Assembly: GCA_964396395.1 (NCBI GenBank)
Contig: CAYNFC010000007.1
Span: 299 to 64,298 of the forward strand
Direction: 5' to 3'
Source of the DNA: an uncultured Gammaproteobacteria bacterium
GTDB lineage: Bacteria; Patescibacteriota; Microgenomatia; UBA1406; GWC2-37-13
Length of the DNA stretch: 64,000 bases
The stretch's first letter is position 1. Each line of letters opens with the position of its first letter. The notes under the pieces were generated by a model. It saw only the letters and a list, made by a program, of their open reading frames with translations, was not told the DNA's origin and searched no databases. The position numbers and the translations under genes were made by a program. Below, piece by piece: positions 27,043 to 35,595 of this stretch.

Positions 27043-27816
27043 ATGAAAATCTCAATTATTACTTTGTTCCCAAAAATGATTTCAGGTTTTTTTGAGGAAA
27101 GCATTGTTAAGCGGGCAATTAAAAAAAAATTAGTTGAGATTGAAATAGTCAACTTACGTGATTTTGCCATTAATGATTACGGTACTGTTGACGACAGGCC
27201 TTATGGTGGAGGAGCGGGGATGGTGATTCGCGCAGACGTTATTTATAAGGCAATATCAAATATTAAAAATCAAAGATCAAAAACACATATTAAAAATCAA
27301 AAAGAAAAAATCATATTAACAAGTCCTAAAGGAAAAACTTTTAATCAGCAATTAGCGATTGACTATTCAAAATTAAACCATTTAGTTATTATTGCCGGAC
27401 ATTATGAGGGAGTGGATGAACGGGTTTTAGATTACGTTGACGAAGAAATATCTTTGGGAGATTTTGTTATGACAGGGGGAGAAATAACCGCGTCGGCCAT
27501 TGTTGATTCAGTCGTTCGTTTAATCCCCGGTGTATTGAAAAAAGATACGGCAACTAAAATAGAGAGCTACTTCGATGTATCGATACATCGAATGATTGAT
27601 ATGATTGGCAAAGATAAACGTTTAATAGAACTTAAGGACAAAGGAATAAAGACAATCAAACTTTTAGAATATCCTCAATATACTAGACCGGAAATATTTA
27701 ATAACAAAAAGGTTCCGGGGATTCTTTTATCTGGCGATCATAAAAAGATTAAGGATTGGCAAATAAAAAAAGCGATCGAAGAAACCCGCAAAAAAAGACT
27801 TGATCTATTAAAATAA
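27043..27816 (+). CDS. trmD: tRNA (guanine37-N1)-methyltransferase
   Basis: 257-aa ORF. ISIITLFPKM, DDRPYGGGAGMV, IAGHYEGVDERV and SLGDFVMTGGE are TrmD motifs. Confidence 0.9.
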   Translation: MKISIITLFPKMISGFFEESIVKRAIKKKLVEIEIVNLRDFAINDYGTVDDRPYGGGAGMVIRADVIYKAISNIKNQRSKTHIKNQKEKIILTSPKGKTFNQQLAIDYSKLNHLVIIAGHYEGVDERVLDYVDEEISLGDFVMTGGEITASAIVDSVVRLIPGVLKKDTATKIESYFDVSIHRMIDMIGKDKRLIELKDKGIKTIKLLEYPQYTRPEIFNNKKVPGILLSGDHKKIKDWQIKKAIEETRKKRLDLLK

Positions 27817-27820
27817 ACAT

Positions 27821-28012
27821 ATGAAATGTAAAAATTTTCCCAGATGTCCTTTAAGGAAATTTGAAGAAAAAGGTTTAATAACCTCTATTTGGAGAAAAAA
27901 TTACTGCGAAAAAGATTTTCTCAAATGTGTCAGATATCAAGAAGCTGAACAGGGAATTTCTCACCCGGATAATAAGCTTCCTGATGGATCGATAGATAAA
28001 AATCTTAAATGA
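27821..28012 (+). CDS. small Cys-rich protein
   Basis: 63-aa ORF with CKNFPRC...YC...C spacing, suggesting metal binding. Family not recognised. Confidence 0.45.
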   Translation: MKCKNFPRCPLRKFEEKGLITSIWRKNYCEKDFLKCVRYQEAEQGISHPDNKLPDGSIDKNLK

Positions 28013-28072
28013 GCTTGACAAATGCTGTGAATATGAATACGAAGCTTACTGAAAATACGGTATAATTTTACC

Positions 28073-29473
28073 ATGATAAGGACGAGAGCGGCAATATCGC
28101 CTACTGGTTATCCTCACATTGGGACTATTTATCAAGTTCTTTTTGATTATGCTTTTGCACATAGACATAAAGGTAAGTTTATTGTCAGAATCGAAGATAC
28201 TGATAAAGAAAGAACAGTTGCCGATGCCGAAGAAAAGGTCTTTATGGCTTTAGATTGGTTTGGGTTAATAGAGGATGAAAGTATCAGAAAAGAAGGTCCA
28301 TATAAACCATATCGTCAATCGGACAGACTGGATATTTATAAAAAATATGCCGAAGAATTAATTAACAATAACAAAGCTTATTATTGTTTTTGTTCAAAAG
28401 AAAGGTTGGATAAGCTAAGACAAGAACTTCAAAAAGAAGGAAAAGTGCCGATGTATGACAAACATTGTTTAAAATTAAATAAAGAAGAAATTAAACAAAA
28501 ATTAGCAAAGAATGAATCTTATGTAATCAGATTAAATATTCCGAATAATATTCAGATTAAGATAAAAGATGAATTAAGGGGAGAGATTACTTTTGAATCA
28601 AATTCAGTGGACGATCAGGTGCTTATGAAGTCAGACGGTTACCCCACTTATTTTTTGGCGGTCGTGGTTGACGATCATTTAATGAAAATTACCCATATGG
28701 TGCGAGGTGAAGAATGGTTGACTTCTTCGGCAAAGATCGTTCTTCTTTATGAATATTTTGGTTGGGAAAAACCAATTTTTATTCATACTCCAATTATCAG
28801 GAATCCAGACCGATCAAAATTTTCCAAAAGACAAGGTCATACGAGCGTTTCTTGGTATCAAGAACAAGGGTTTCTTCCAGAGGCGATTCTCAATTATTTG
28901 TCACTGATGGGTTGGAGTCACCCTGATGGTAAAGAAATTTTTCCGTTAGACGAATTTATTAGACGATTTGATTTTAAAGATATTAAACCGATTGGCCCGG
29001 TTTTCGATTTGATGAAACTGGAATGGATGAATGGGATGTATATCAGACAAAGTCAAAAGTCAAAAGTCAAAAGTGAAATATTAAAATTCTATAAAGAAAA
29101 AAATATTGAGTTAGACGAAGTTCTTGTTGAAAAAACAATTCCATTAATTCAGGACAGAATAAAAAAACTTTCCGACTATTTACCACTTTGCGAATTCTTT
29201 TTCAAGACACCTGAAAAATATGAGGTTGATTTAACAGGTAAAAAAGAATTTTTTGAAAAAGTTTACGCCGAACTGGAAAAAGTTAACGACTGGAAAGCGG
29301 ACTTGATCGGGGAAGTGTTGGTTAATTTAGCTAAAAAACTAGAGATAAAAAACCCCCAGTTTTTTATGGATATGAGATTGATTATTACCGGTAAAAAAAT
29401 TTCCCCACCGTTAAATGAATCAATGGAGATATTGGGAAAAGAGGAATGTCTTAAACGATTGACTTTGATCTAA
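28073..29473 (+). CDS. gltX: glutamate--tRNA ligase
   Basis: 466-aa ORF. The HIGH-type motif PTGYPHIGT, IVRIEDTD and the KMSKS-type KFSKRQG are present. Confidence 0.9.
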   Translation: MIRTRAAISPTGYPHIGTIYQVLFDYAFAHRHKGKFIVRIEDTDKERTVADAEEKVFMALDWFGLIEDESIRKEGPYKPYRQSDRLDIYKKYAEELINNNKAYYCFCSKERLDKLRQELQKEGKVPMYDKHCLKLNKEEIKQKLAKNESYVIRLNIPNNIQIKIKDELRGEITFESNSVDDQVLMKSDGYPTYFLAVVVDDHLMKITHMVRGEEWLTSSAKIVLLYEYFGWEKPIFIHTPIIRNPDRSKFSKRQGHTSVSWYQEQGFLPEAILNYLSLMGWSHPDGKEIFPLDEFIRRFDFKDIKPIGPVFDLMKLEWMNGMYIRQSQKSKVKSEILKFYKEKNIELDEVLVEKTIPLIQDRIKKLSDYLPLCEFFFKTPEKYEVDLTGKKEFFEKVYAELEKVNDWKADLIGEVLVNLAKKLEIKNPQFFMDMRLIITGKKISPPLNESMEILGKEECLKRLTLI

Positions 29474-29493
29474 TTTTTTAGTATTTTTAAGCT

Positions 29494-30246
29494 ATGAAAT
29501 TAAAAAAAGCATTAATTTTAATATTATCTTCGGGTTTGTTATTTTTTGGACCTTCATTAGTAAAATCAGAATCACAAATAAAACAGAATGTTAAGGAAAA
29601 TATATTGAAACAAAAAGAAAACAGAAATGTTGTCAAAGAAACGTTGCAGGCTGAAAGAAAAGCAAAAAAAACAGAAATTGAAGAAAAAAGAGAAACTTTT
29701 AGAGAAACTCTACAAGCTGAGAGAGAAGAAAGAAAAACGAAAATTGAAGAAATGAAGGAAGCTTTTAAGGCAAAAAGAGATGATTTCAAAGAAAAAATTG
29801 AAACAATTAAAGATGAAAGAAAGAAAAAATTGACAGAGAAAATTGATAATCGTATGTCAATTGTCAATAAAAATCAAACAGCTAGAATGATAAAGGCCTT
29901 GGAAAAGCTAACAGAACATGTTAATAAAATTGAAGAAAGAATAACTAAGGCAAAAGAAAAAGGAATAGATCTTTCGTCAGTAAAAGCTTTAATAACTTCA
30001 GCAAAAACGACTATCAGTGCAGCTCTAGTAATTGTTGAAGAACAAGCGGCAAAAGATTATGCTTTTACAATAAGCGACGAGACAAATCTTGGTCAATCAG
30101 TCAAATCATCTTATGATGGACTTAGTCAGGATTTAAAAAAAGCTCAGGAATCATTAGTTAAAGCAAAAGAAGCAGTCATAGTTCTTTATAAAGCAGCGGG
30201 AGTGTTAGAAAAAGTTATACCGACGCCAACGGTAGTCACACCATAA
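29494..30246 (+). CDS. secreted coiled-coil repeat protein
   Basis: 250-aa ORF with a signal peptide. Tandem ETLQAER-x-KKTEIEEKRETF / ETLQAEREERKTKIEEMKEAF heptad-rich repeats. Confidence 0.6.
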   Translation: MKLKKALILILSSGLLFFGPSLVKSESQIKQNVKENILKQKENRNVVKETLQAERKAKKTEIEEKRETFRETLQAEREERKTKIEEMKEAFKAKRDDFKEKIETIKDERKKKLTEKIDNRMSIVNKNQTARMIKALEKLTEHVNKIEERITKAKEKGIDLSSVKALITSAKTTISAALVIVEEQAAKDYAFTISDETNLGQSVKSSYDGLSQDLKKAQESLVKAKEAVIVLYKAAGVLEKVIPTPTVVTP

Positions 30247-30249
30247 ATT

Positions 30250-30540
30250 ATGGATCCAATTAAACCAGATTTAATACAATCGGAACCTCAAAAATCTTCA
30301 TCAAATAAAATATTAACAATTTCTTTAGTGATTCTAATCGTCATTACTGTTGGACTTGGAGGATTTTTATTATTACAGGTAAATAATAAAAAAACATCAT
30401 CTAATGATGCAGCAGCTACTTCCATAATTTCACCAACAACAACGCCAACAGTTGAGGCTGACAATCCAGCCAATGTTGACGTTGGAAATGTTGAAACAGA
30501 TTTAAAAGATATTGGAGTTGATGTAAAAAGTCTGCAATAA
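30250..30540 (+). CDS. single-pass membrane protein
   Basis: 96-aa ORF with one TM helix (ILTISLVILIVITVGLGGFLLL). Confidence 0.5.
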   Translation: MDPIKPDLIQSEPQKSSSNKILTISLVILIVITVGLGGFLLLQVNNKKTSSNDAAATSIISPTTTPTVEADNPANVDVGNVETDLKDIGVDVKSLQ

Positions 30541-30548
30541 AAAATTAG

Positions 30549-31658
30549 ATGAACACTACAAATAAATTAACCTACAAAGACTCAGGAGTTAATTACGAAA
30601 CAATTGACTACATAAAAAGAATTGCTCAACAGGCCGGGGAAAAAACTGTTGATAATTTGCCCAAAAATTATCAAGAAGTTTTTGCAAGTCGCGGTGAGTC
30701 AGCCCATGTAGTTGACGCCGGTGACTATTATTTTGCATCTGTTATTGAAGGACTGGGAACAAAAAGCTTGGTTGCTAATAAAATGTATCGCTTGACTGGA
30801 AAAACTTATTATGATTCTTTGGCTTACGATACGGTGGCGATGATCATCAACGATTTAATAACGGTTGGAGCAAAGCCATTGACTTTGATGGCTTACTGGG
30901 CAGCCGGTTCTTCAGACTGGTTTAAAGATAAAAAAAGAACCGATGATTTAGTCGCAGGGTGGACAAAGGCAAGTAATGATAGTGGTGCTGTTTGGGGCGG
31001 GGGAGAAACTCCGGTCTTGTCAGGCGTTATTGAAAAAAATTCAATAGATTTAGCAGGTAGCTGTTTTGGAATTGTTAATCCGAAAAAGAATTTATGTTTA
31101 GGAGAAAAACTTCAAACGGGTGACAGGATAATTTTATTTGAAAGTAACGGTATTCATGCAAATGGTTTAACCTTGGCTCGAAAAATTGCTGAAAATTTAC
31201 CAGATGGTTATTTAACTAAAATCAATGGAGAAAAAACTTATGGAGAATCCTTATTAACTCCAACAATTATTTATGCAAAGTTAATGGAAGACTTATTAAA
31301 AAATACTATAAACATACATTACATGGTTAATATCACCGGCCATGGTTGGAGAAAGTTAATGAGACATAAAAAAAATTTAACTTATCGAATTACAGAACTA
31401 CCTCCGGTTCCAGAAGTTTTACAATTTATAATTAAACAAGGAAAATTAGATGATAAAGAGGCTTATGGAAATTTAAATATGGGAGCTGGCTTTGCCATTT
31501 TTGTCCCAGAAAAAGATGTATCTCAAGTATTAAAACTTTCAGAAACTCACAATATTAAGGCTTATAACTATGGAATAGTTAAAGATGGAGACAAAAAAGT
31601 CATCATTGAACCAAAAAACATCACCTTCGAAAAAGAAACTCTACAAGTACGCGTATAA
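30549..31658 (+). CDS. purM: AIR synthase-related protein (phosphoribosylformylglycinamidine cyclo-ligase-like)
   Basis: 369-aa ORF. YKDSGVN, EGLGTKSLVA, DTVAMIINDL and HANGLTLAR follow the PurM/AIRS N- and C-domain pattern. The sequence is divergent. Confidence 0.7.
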   Translation: MNTTNKLTYKDSGVNYETIDYIKRIAQQAGEKTVDNLPKNYQEVFASRGESAHVVDAGDYYFASVIEGLGTKSLVANKMYRLTGKTYYDSLAYDTVAMIINDLITVGAKPLTLMAYWAAGSSDWFKDKKRTDDLVAGWTKASNDSGAVWGGGETPVLSGVIEKNSIDLAGSCFGIVNPKKNLCLGEKLQTGDRIILFESNGIHANGLTLARKIAENLPDGYLTKINGEKTYGESLLTPTIIYAKLMEDLLKNTINIHYMVNITGHGWRKLMRHKKNLTYRITELPPVPEVLQFIIKQGKLDDKEAYGNLNMGAGFAIFVPEKDVSQVLKLSETHNIKAYNYGIVKDGDKKVIIEPKNITFEKETLQVRV

Positions 31659-31686
31659 TTCTTCACGATCGGTCACATCGTAGTTT

Positions 31687-31717
31687 GTCATCCCCGTGAA
31701 GACGGGGATCAAGTCTA
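31687..31717. repeat. GC-rich REP-like hairpin element
   Basis: GTCATCCCCGTgaagACGGGGATCaagtcta, 29 nt downstream of the purM stop. Confidence 0.8.
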
Positions 31718-31760
31718 AAATTACATTTTTAAATAATTATTTTAACAATAAATAAATATT

Positions 31761-31788
31761 TATCTTATGGACGGCCGTCTTGAAGATA
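31761..31788. repeat. 28-bp palindromic site, copy 7
   Basis: TATCTTATGGA-CGGCCG-TCTTGAAGATA, 17 nt upstream of a TTGCAT box. Confidence 0.8.
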
Positions 31789-31795
31789 ATAAATT

Positions 31796-31834
31796 CCTTT
31801 TCCTCTTGCATTTTCCCGCCCCAAGAGCCTAATT
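31796..31834 (+). repeat. 39-bp direct repeat R1 (promoter-like TTGCAT-18-TAATTT)
   Basis: ccttttcctcTTGCATtttcccgccccaagagccTAATT. The first 25 nt are identical to R2 at 32991. Confidence 0.7.
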
Positions 31835-31874
31835 TTTTGCTTTTGTCATTTAAGACTGTTATAATAAGCCAAAT

Positions 31875-32990
31875 ATGAGTTCATTTGGTGTTGGATTAAA
31901 GCGTAGAGGAGTTAGGCTACGTGATTTTACTCCAAGGGATGTTGCCATGATGAATATGGATGTAAAGTTTCAAAGAAAAGTAGCCGAACAAGAAACTCAA
32001 ATATTTTATGAACATTTAGTTGAGACAAAAGACTTCTTACATAATAGAATAAAAGAAAAAACAGGTAGAGAAAAGCTTGATGGGTGGATTGTCTGTGGTT
32101 CAGGAATAGCATCACTTCCTCAATATAAATCTCAGGATATAAAAATATTAGATATAATTTCTACTTCCGAAATTCCTAATTGGCCAGAGCCACAAGCTGA
32201 AGGTCATGGAAAAGAATTATATGTTGCGGATATTGGTGGACAAATTGTCTGTATTCAAACTGGAAGAGAGCACATGTATGATACTGACAATACACCAAAA
32301 AGATTAAAGATGATGACGTCTCCTCTAATTGTTGCAAAAGGATTAGGGATTGATTGGTTAGTGACAACTAATGCTGCAGGAGTTTTGGAAAATGGAAAAA
32401 TCCAACAAGGAGATGTTGTTGTTGATGTTGACTATGTTAATAAACATGGAGTAAATCCGCTGATTGGCCCAAATGATAAACGATTGGGTGCGAGATTTCC
32501 TAGTAAAAAAACGATAGCTGATCCATATATATTTGGAAAATTTGAACAATTTATCCCAGAAGACCATGTCTATTTAGGAGTGTATTCTCTTTCAACTCAA
32601 TCACCGATGTATGAAAGTGGTGCAGATGTTTTAGATGGAAAATATGATGCACTTTTAGAACAAAATCCAGAATTAATTCAGGCTTATGGAATGTCCTTTG
32701 CGATGGAAGCAATGATTATGCAACATTTTAATAATCCGCCAGTTGATGAAAACGGGTTTGATAGGCCAGTTAGATTTATTGGTTTAACCGCAGCAACTAA
32801 TATTATCAGTAAACCAGTAGCCGCAACTAAGGAAGCGTTAAGAAAGGCAATAGTCAAGGAAGCAAATTTAACTACACATAAAGAAGTTCTTGAAGGTGCA
32901 AAAGAGGCGGAAATATATCTTATACCAGCCGTGATAAAACTTTGTAAATCAATAACAGAAAATCCGTTGCCTCCAATTCCAGAAGAATAA
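31875..32990 (+). CDS. purine nucleoside phosphorylase family (PNP_UDP_1) protein, long form
   Basis: 371-aa ORF. GSGIASL, IQTGREHMYD (compare the GRxHxYEG motif of PunA-type PNPs), TNAAGVL and the MSFAMEA region. It is longer than typical PNPs at both ends. Confidence 0.65.
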   Translation: MSSFGVGLKRRGVRLRDFTPRDVAMMNMDVKFQRKVAEQETQIFYEHLVETKDFLHNRIKEKTGREKLDGWIVCGSGIASLPQYKSQDIKILDIISTSEIPNWPEPQAEGHGKELYVADIGGQIVCIQTGREHMYDTDNTPKRLKMMTSPLIVAKGLGIDWLVTTNAAGVLENGKIQQGDVVVDVDYVNKHGVNPLIGPNDKRLGARFPSKKTIADPYIFGKFEQFIPEDHVYLGVYSLSTQSPMYESGADVLDGKYDALLEQNPELIQAYGMSFAMEAMIMQHFNNPPVDENGFDRPVRFIGLTAATNIISKPVAATKEALRKAIVKEANLTTHKEVLEGAKEAEIYLIPAVIKLCKSITENPLPPIPEE

Positions 32991-33029
32991 CCTTTTCCTC
33001 TTGCATTTTCCCGCCTCAAGGACTAAATT
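32991..33029 (+). repeat. 39-bp direct repeat R2 (promoter-like TTGCAT-17-TAAATT)
   Basis: ccttttcctcTTGCATtttcccgcctcaaggacTAAATT. It begins immediately after the PNP stop, 36 nt before the 33065 ATG. Confidence 0.7.
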
Positions 33030-33064
33030 AGTAGCAAATTATATATATCGATTTTTAATATAAA

Positions 33065-34444
33065 ATGAAATCTAAAATTCTTTTAATAAATTTTGAAAAA
33101 AGTGATGCTGAATATTTAGAGAGGCGCGGAATTGAGTGTCATTTAGGGTATTTAAGCGATAGTTATGAATTAATAGGAATAGATAAAAAAGAAGAGGTAT
33201 TTGATTATTATTTTCCTTTAGCGATATACGAATATAAAACGGTTTTTTTGAAACTAACCAAAAACCCTCCATTAACAAAAAGTCAAGAAGCAAAACAGGC
33301 AAAAACAATTACACAAAATGAAACATCAAATTTTTTAAAATTTTGGAGGAAAAAAGGAGTTTTAGTAATTTTTCTTGAAGATAATAACTTTCGTTCTTTT
33401 TCAAGTTTATTAGGGTTTGGAGAAAATATTAATTTGATAGAAAGTAGTGGAAAAGATTTAACCGTCAAATTTGCGATGAATGATGAAAATCGACCGTTCA
33501 GGCACATATTCAAAGAAATTAAACCATTGATTAATATACCCCCAACAAAATATATTGAAGTTGGGAACAGAGAAGGATCATCTGGGAATTGGCAAATAAT
33601 TAATATTTATGAGAACTTAAATGATCAAGCTTTAGGTGTTTATTTTAATGATAGTTATTCATATACAAATAAGGATATTCCATCTTTTGTAATCCTTCCA
33701 GGATTTAAAGATTATAAAGAAATTATTTTTAAATTATTAAAATCTTTTGCAAATATTTATACCAAGCTTATACCAGAAATAGATAGTGGTAATTGGGTTG
33801 ACAGTGATCAATTTTATCCAAAAGAAGTTGCTTTTTTTGATGAGCAAATCATCAAAATAAAGGAAGAAACAAAATCAAAAATAGAAAATTTAACCAATCT
33901 TAAGTTTAAAGTTAGAGAAAAATATTCTTTTTTAAGGAAAATTCTTTCAGAAACAGGAGATGAATTAAAAGATGCAGTTATAAAAGTTTTTATTGATATT
34001 TGGAAATTAAATATAAAAGATATGGATAGTGCGCGTAAGTCTGATTTTCGTGAAGATCTTCTGATAGAGGGTGATCAAGAAGTTCTAGGGGAGGTAAAAG
34101 GAACTCAAAATTCAAATCCTTCTTTTACTTATGTAACTCAATTATTAACACATTTATTAAAAAGTAAAAATAAAGAAGCTATTGGTGCGTTAATTTTAAA
34201 TCATGATCTTAAAAAAAACCCTGAAGAAAGATCTGAGGCATATACTAATCTAGATGAAGAAGAGGAGCTTAAAAACATAATTTTTATTGATACTAGAGTT
34301 CTTTTCCAACTTTCTATTGCAATTATGGATTATGGGTTAGATATAAAAAAGGCAAAAGACTATTTACTTAAAAAAGGTAGAGTGACATTTGATATAAATG
34401 ATTATTTAAAAGATAAATTAGAAAATAATAAGAACAAAAAATAA
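33065..34444 (+). CDS. hypothetical protein with central coiled coil and C-terminal PD-(D/E)xK-like nuclease motif
   Basis: 459-aa ORF. Residues about 265-300 are heptad-rich. DFREDLLIEGDQEVLGEVKG gives a D...(D/E)-x-K arrangement typical of restriction-endonuclease-fold proteins. The N-terminal 250 aa are unrecognised. Confidence 0.45.
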   Translation: MKSKILLINFEKSDAEYLERRGIECHLGYLSDSYELIGIDKKEEVFDYYFPLAIYEYKTVFLKLTKNPPLTKSQEAKQAKTITQNETSNFLKFWRKKGVLVIFLEDNNFRSFSSLLGFGENINLIESSGKDLTVKFAMNDENRPFRHIFKEIKPLINIPPTKYIEVGNREGSSGNWQIINIYENLNDQALGVYFNDSYSYTNKDIPSFVILPGFKDYKEIIFKLLKSFANIYTKLIPEIDSGNWVDSDQFYPKEVAFFDEQIIKIKEETKSKIENLTNLKFKVREKYSFLRKILSETGDELKDAVIKVFIDIWKLNIKDMDSARKSDFREDLLIEGDQEVLGEVKGTQNSNPSFTYVTQLLTHLLKSKNKEAIGALILNHDLKKNPEERSEAYTNLDEEEELKNIIFIDTRVLFQLSIAIMDYGLDIKKAKDYLLKKGRVTFDINDYLKDKLENNKNKK

Positions 34445-34452
34445 TTTATTTA

Positions 34453-34548
34453 TTAAAAATACTTCTCCAAATTTTTTTTATCCTTTCCTCAATCGGATAC
34501 TCAAAGGCTTTGAATTTGCGGCCGGTGGGTTTTTCGTAGATACTTATA
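34453..34548 (-). pseudogene. relic of the purC 3' end
   Basis: Minus-strand reading gives IYEKPTGRKFKAFEYPIEERIKK..., which aligns with the true purC C-terminus VYEKLTGKKFKAFEYPIESRIKK (35600-35695). The nucleotide alignment is obvious by eye. Confidence 0.75.
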
Positions 34549-34554
34549 TCTTGC

Positions 34555-34704
34555 TCATTTTAATTGTTTTTCTATTTTCTTGATTTTTGACTCAACCCCT
34601 TTCATCAAAAAAGTCAAATAACCTTTGACTTTGAAGTCGAGGTTAGGAATTTTTTTCTTCAATTTATCATAGAGTTCTTTTCCTGCAGCCAACTCTTCTT
34701 TCAT
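34555..34704 (-). CDS. small hypothetical protein (49 aa)
   Basis: Not in the supplied track because it is shorter than 60 aa. ATG at 34704 is preceded by GGGGGTGG. It reads MKEELAAGKELYDKLKKKIPNLDFKVKGYLTFLMKGVESKIKKIEKQLK* and lies directly downstream of the 270-aa gene. Confidence 0.35.
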   Translation of the reverse strand: MKEELAAGKELYDKLKKKIPNLDFKVKGYLTFLMKGVESKIKKIEKQLK

Positions 34705-34715
34705 CCACCCCCTTA

Positions 34716-35528
34716 TTACCTCATACCATCTAATAAGTTTGGATTATTCATCAATTCTTCGCCGTCAATCTGGGCTTCTTCCAGAATTTCTTTTGGAATT
34801 TTACAAGTAAAAAGAGCCAACTCCGACTTCAGATCAGCAAGGGCAAATATTTTACCTTGAAGTTGAGCGATTTCTTCTATATCTTTAAACCTGGTTTTTG
34901 AACGAAGAGCAATAAGCATTATATTGTGGGCATAACTAAAAGAGTTATCATCAATAGTTTTTAATTCGGCTTTTGTTAGTATTTTATGATTGACTCTTCT
35001 ATCATATTCAACTAACATCGCATCAAGAAACATGTCCCAATCCTGCCTGACGTCATCGCCCGGTTTTTGATCTCTTTCAAGATTTTCAAGCGTATATTTG
35101 AGTAAAAAATCCAGAGTAAAATCTCTTTTTACTTCAGCGTTCCTGTTTCTTATTTGGCCTTTGGCTGCTTTTACATACTCAGGAAAGTTTTCGTATCCAA
35201 AAACTTTCGGATCCAAATCTCCATCAGCCATATCGTCTGTTGCCCGGCCAAGCATATATGCCGGCGCGGCTGACCGATAAAAAGATAATTCTGCCGGCGC
35301 CGATACCGGCAAACCCAAAAGTCTGGTAGGCAGCGTTTGAAGAAATGAAAAACCGCTTAAAAGACTGACACTTTCACCTATTAGTAAATATTTTTTTAAT
35401 GATCTTGCATAAAACCCGAGTTTGATATCAGTAACTATTTTTAGTGCAAAGAATTCGTCAGAATATCTCTGTAGATTTTTTTCATACATGAATGTAAGTC
35501 TTTCTTGTAAAGCCATTGTCATTGTCAC
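34716..35528 (-). CDS. hypothetical protein, weak isoprenoid-synthase-fold (squalene/phytoene synthase-like) signature
   Basis: 270-aa all-helical ORF with GRATDDMADGD (an Rx2DDxxD-like Asp-rich motif). Locally GC-richer than its neighbours. Confidence 0.4.
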   Translation of the reverse strand: MTMTMALQERLTFMYEKNLQRYSDEFFALKIVTDIKLGFYARSLKKYLLIGESVSLLSGFSFLQTLPTRLLGLPVSAPAELSFYRSAAPAYMLGRATDDMADGDLDPKVFGYENFPEYVKAAKGQIRNRNAEVKRDFTLDFLLKYTLENLERDQKPGDDVRQDWDMFLDAMLVEYDRRVNHKILTKAELKTIDDNSFSYAHNIMLIALRSKTRFKDIEEIAQLQGKIFALADLKSELALFTCKIPKEILEEAQIDGEELMNNPNLLDGMR

Positions 35529-35595
35529 CAGATTATCAAATCAACTCGATAAAATCAAAATAAGTAGTGATTTTTAAAATCTAAGAATAACTCAT

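Noticed and set aside
28013-28072. A T-box leader upstream of gltX.
   Set aside because: The intergenic region is only 60 nt, and a TATAAT box sits 6 nt from the ATG. That leaves no room for a T-box.
29487-29867. 126-aa Ser/Phe/Leu-rich ORF antisense to the coiled-coil gene. The repeats underlying it might also be read as a tandem DNA repeat element.
   Set aside because: Its low-complexity translation mirrors the Lys/Glu-rich sense strand. The periodicity is explained by the protein-level ETLQAER...IEE repeats of the 29494-30246 gene.
31655-31682. A possible degenerate palindrome copy around CGATCG at the purM stop (TAATTCTTCA-CGATCG-GTCACATCGTA).
   Set aside because: Only the core hexamer matches, and neither arm shows TATCT/AGATA.
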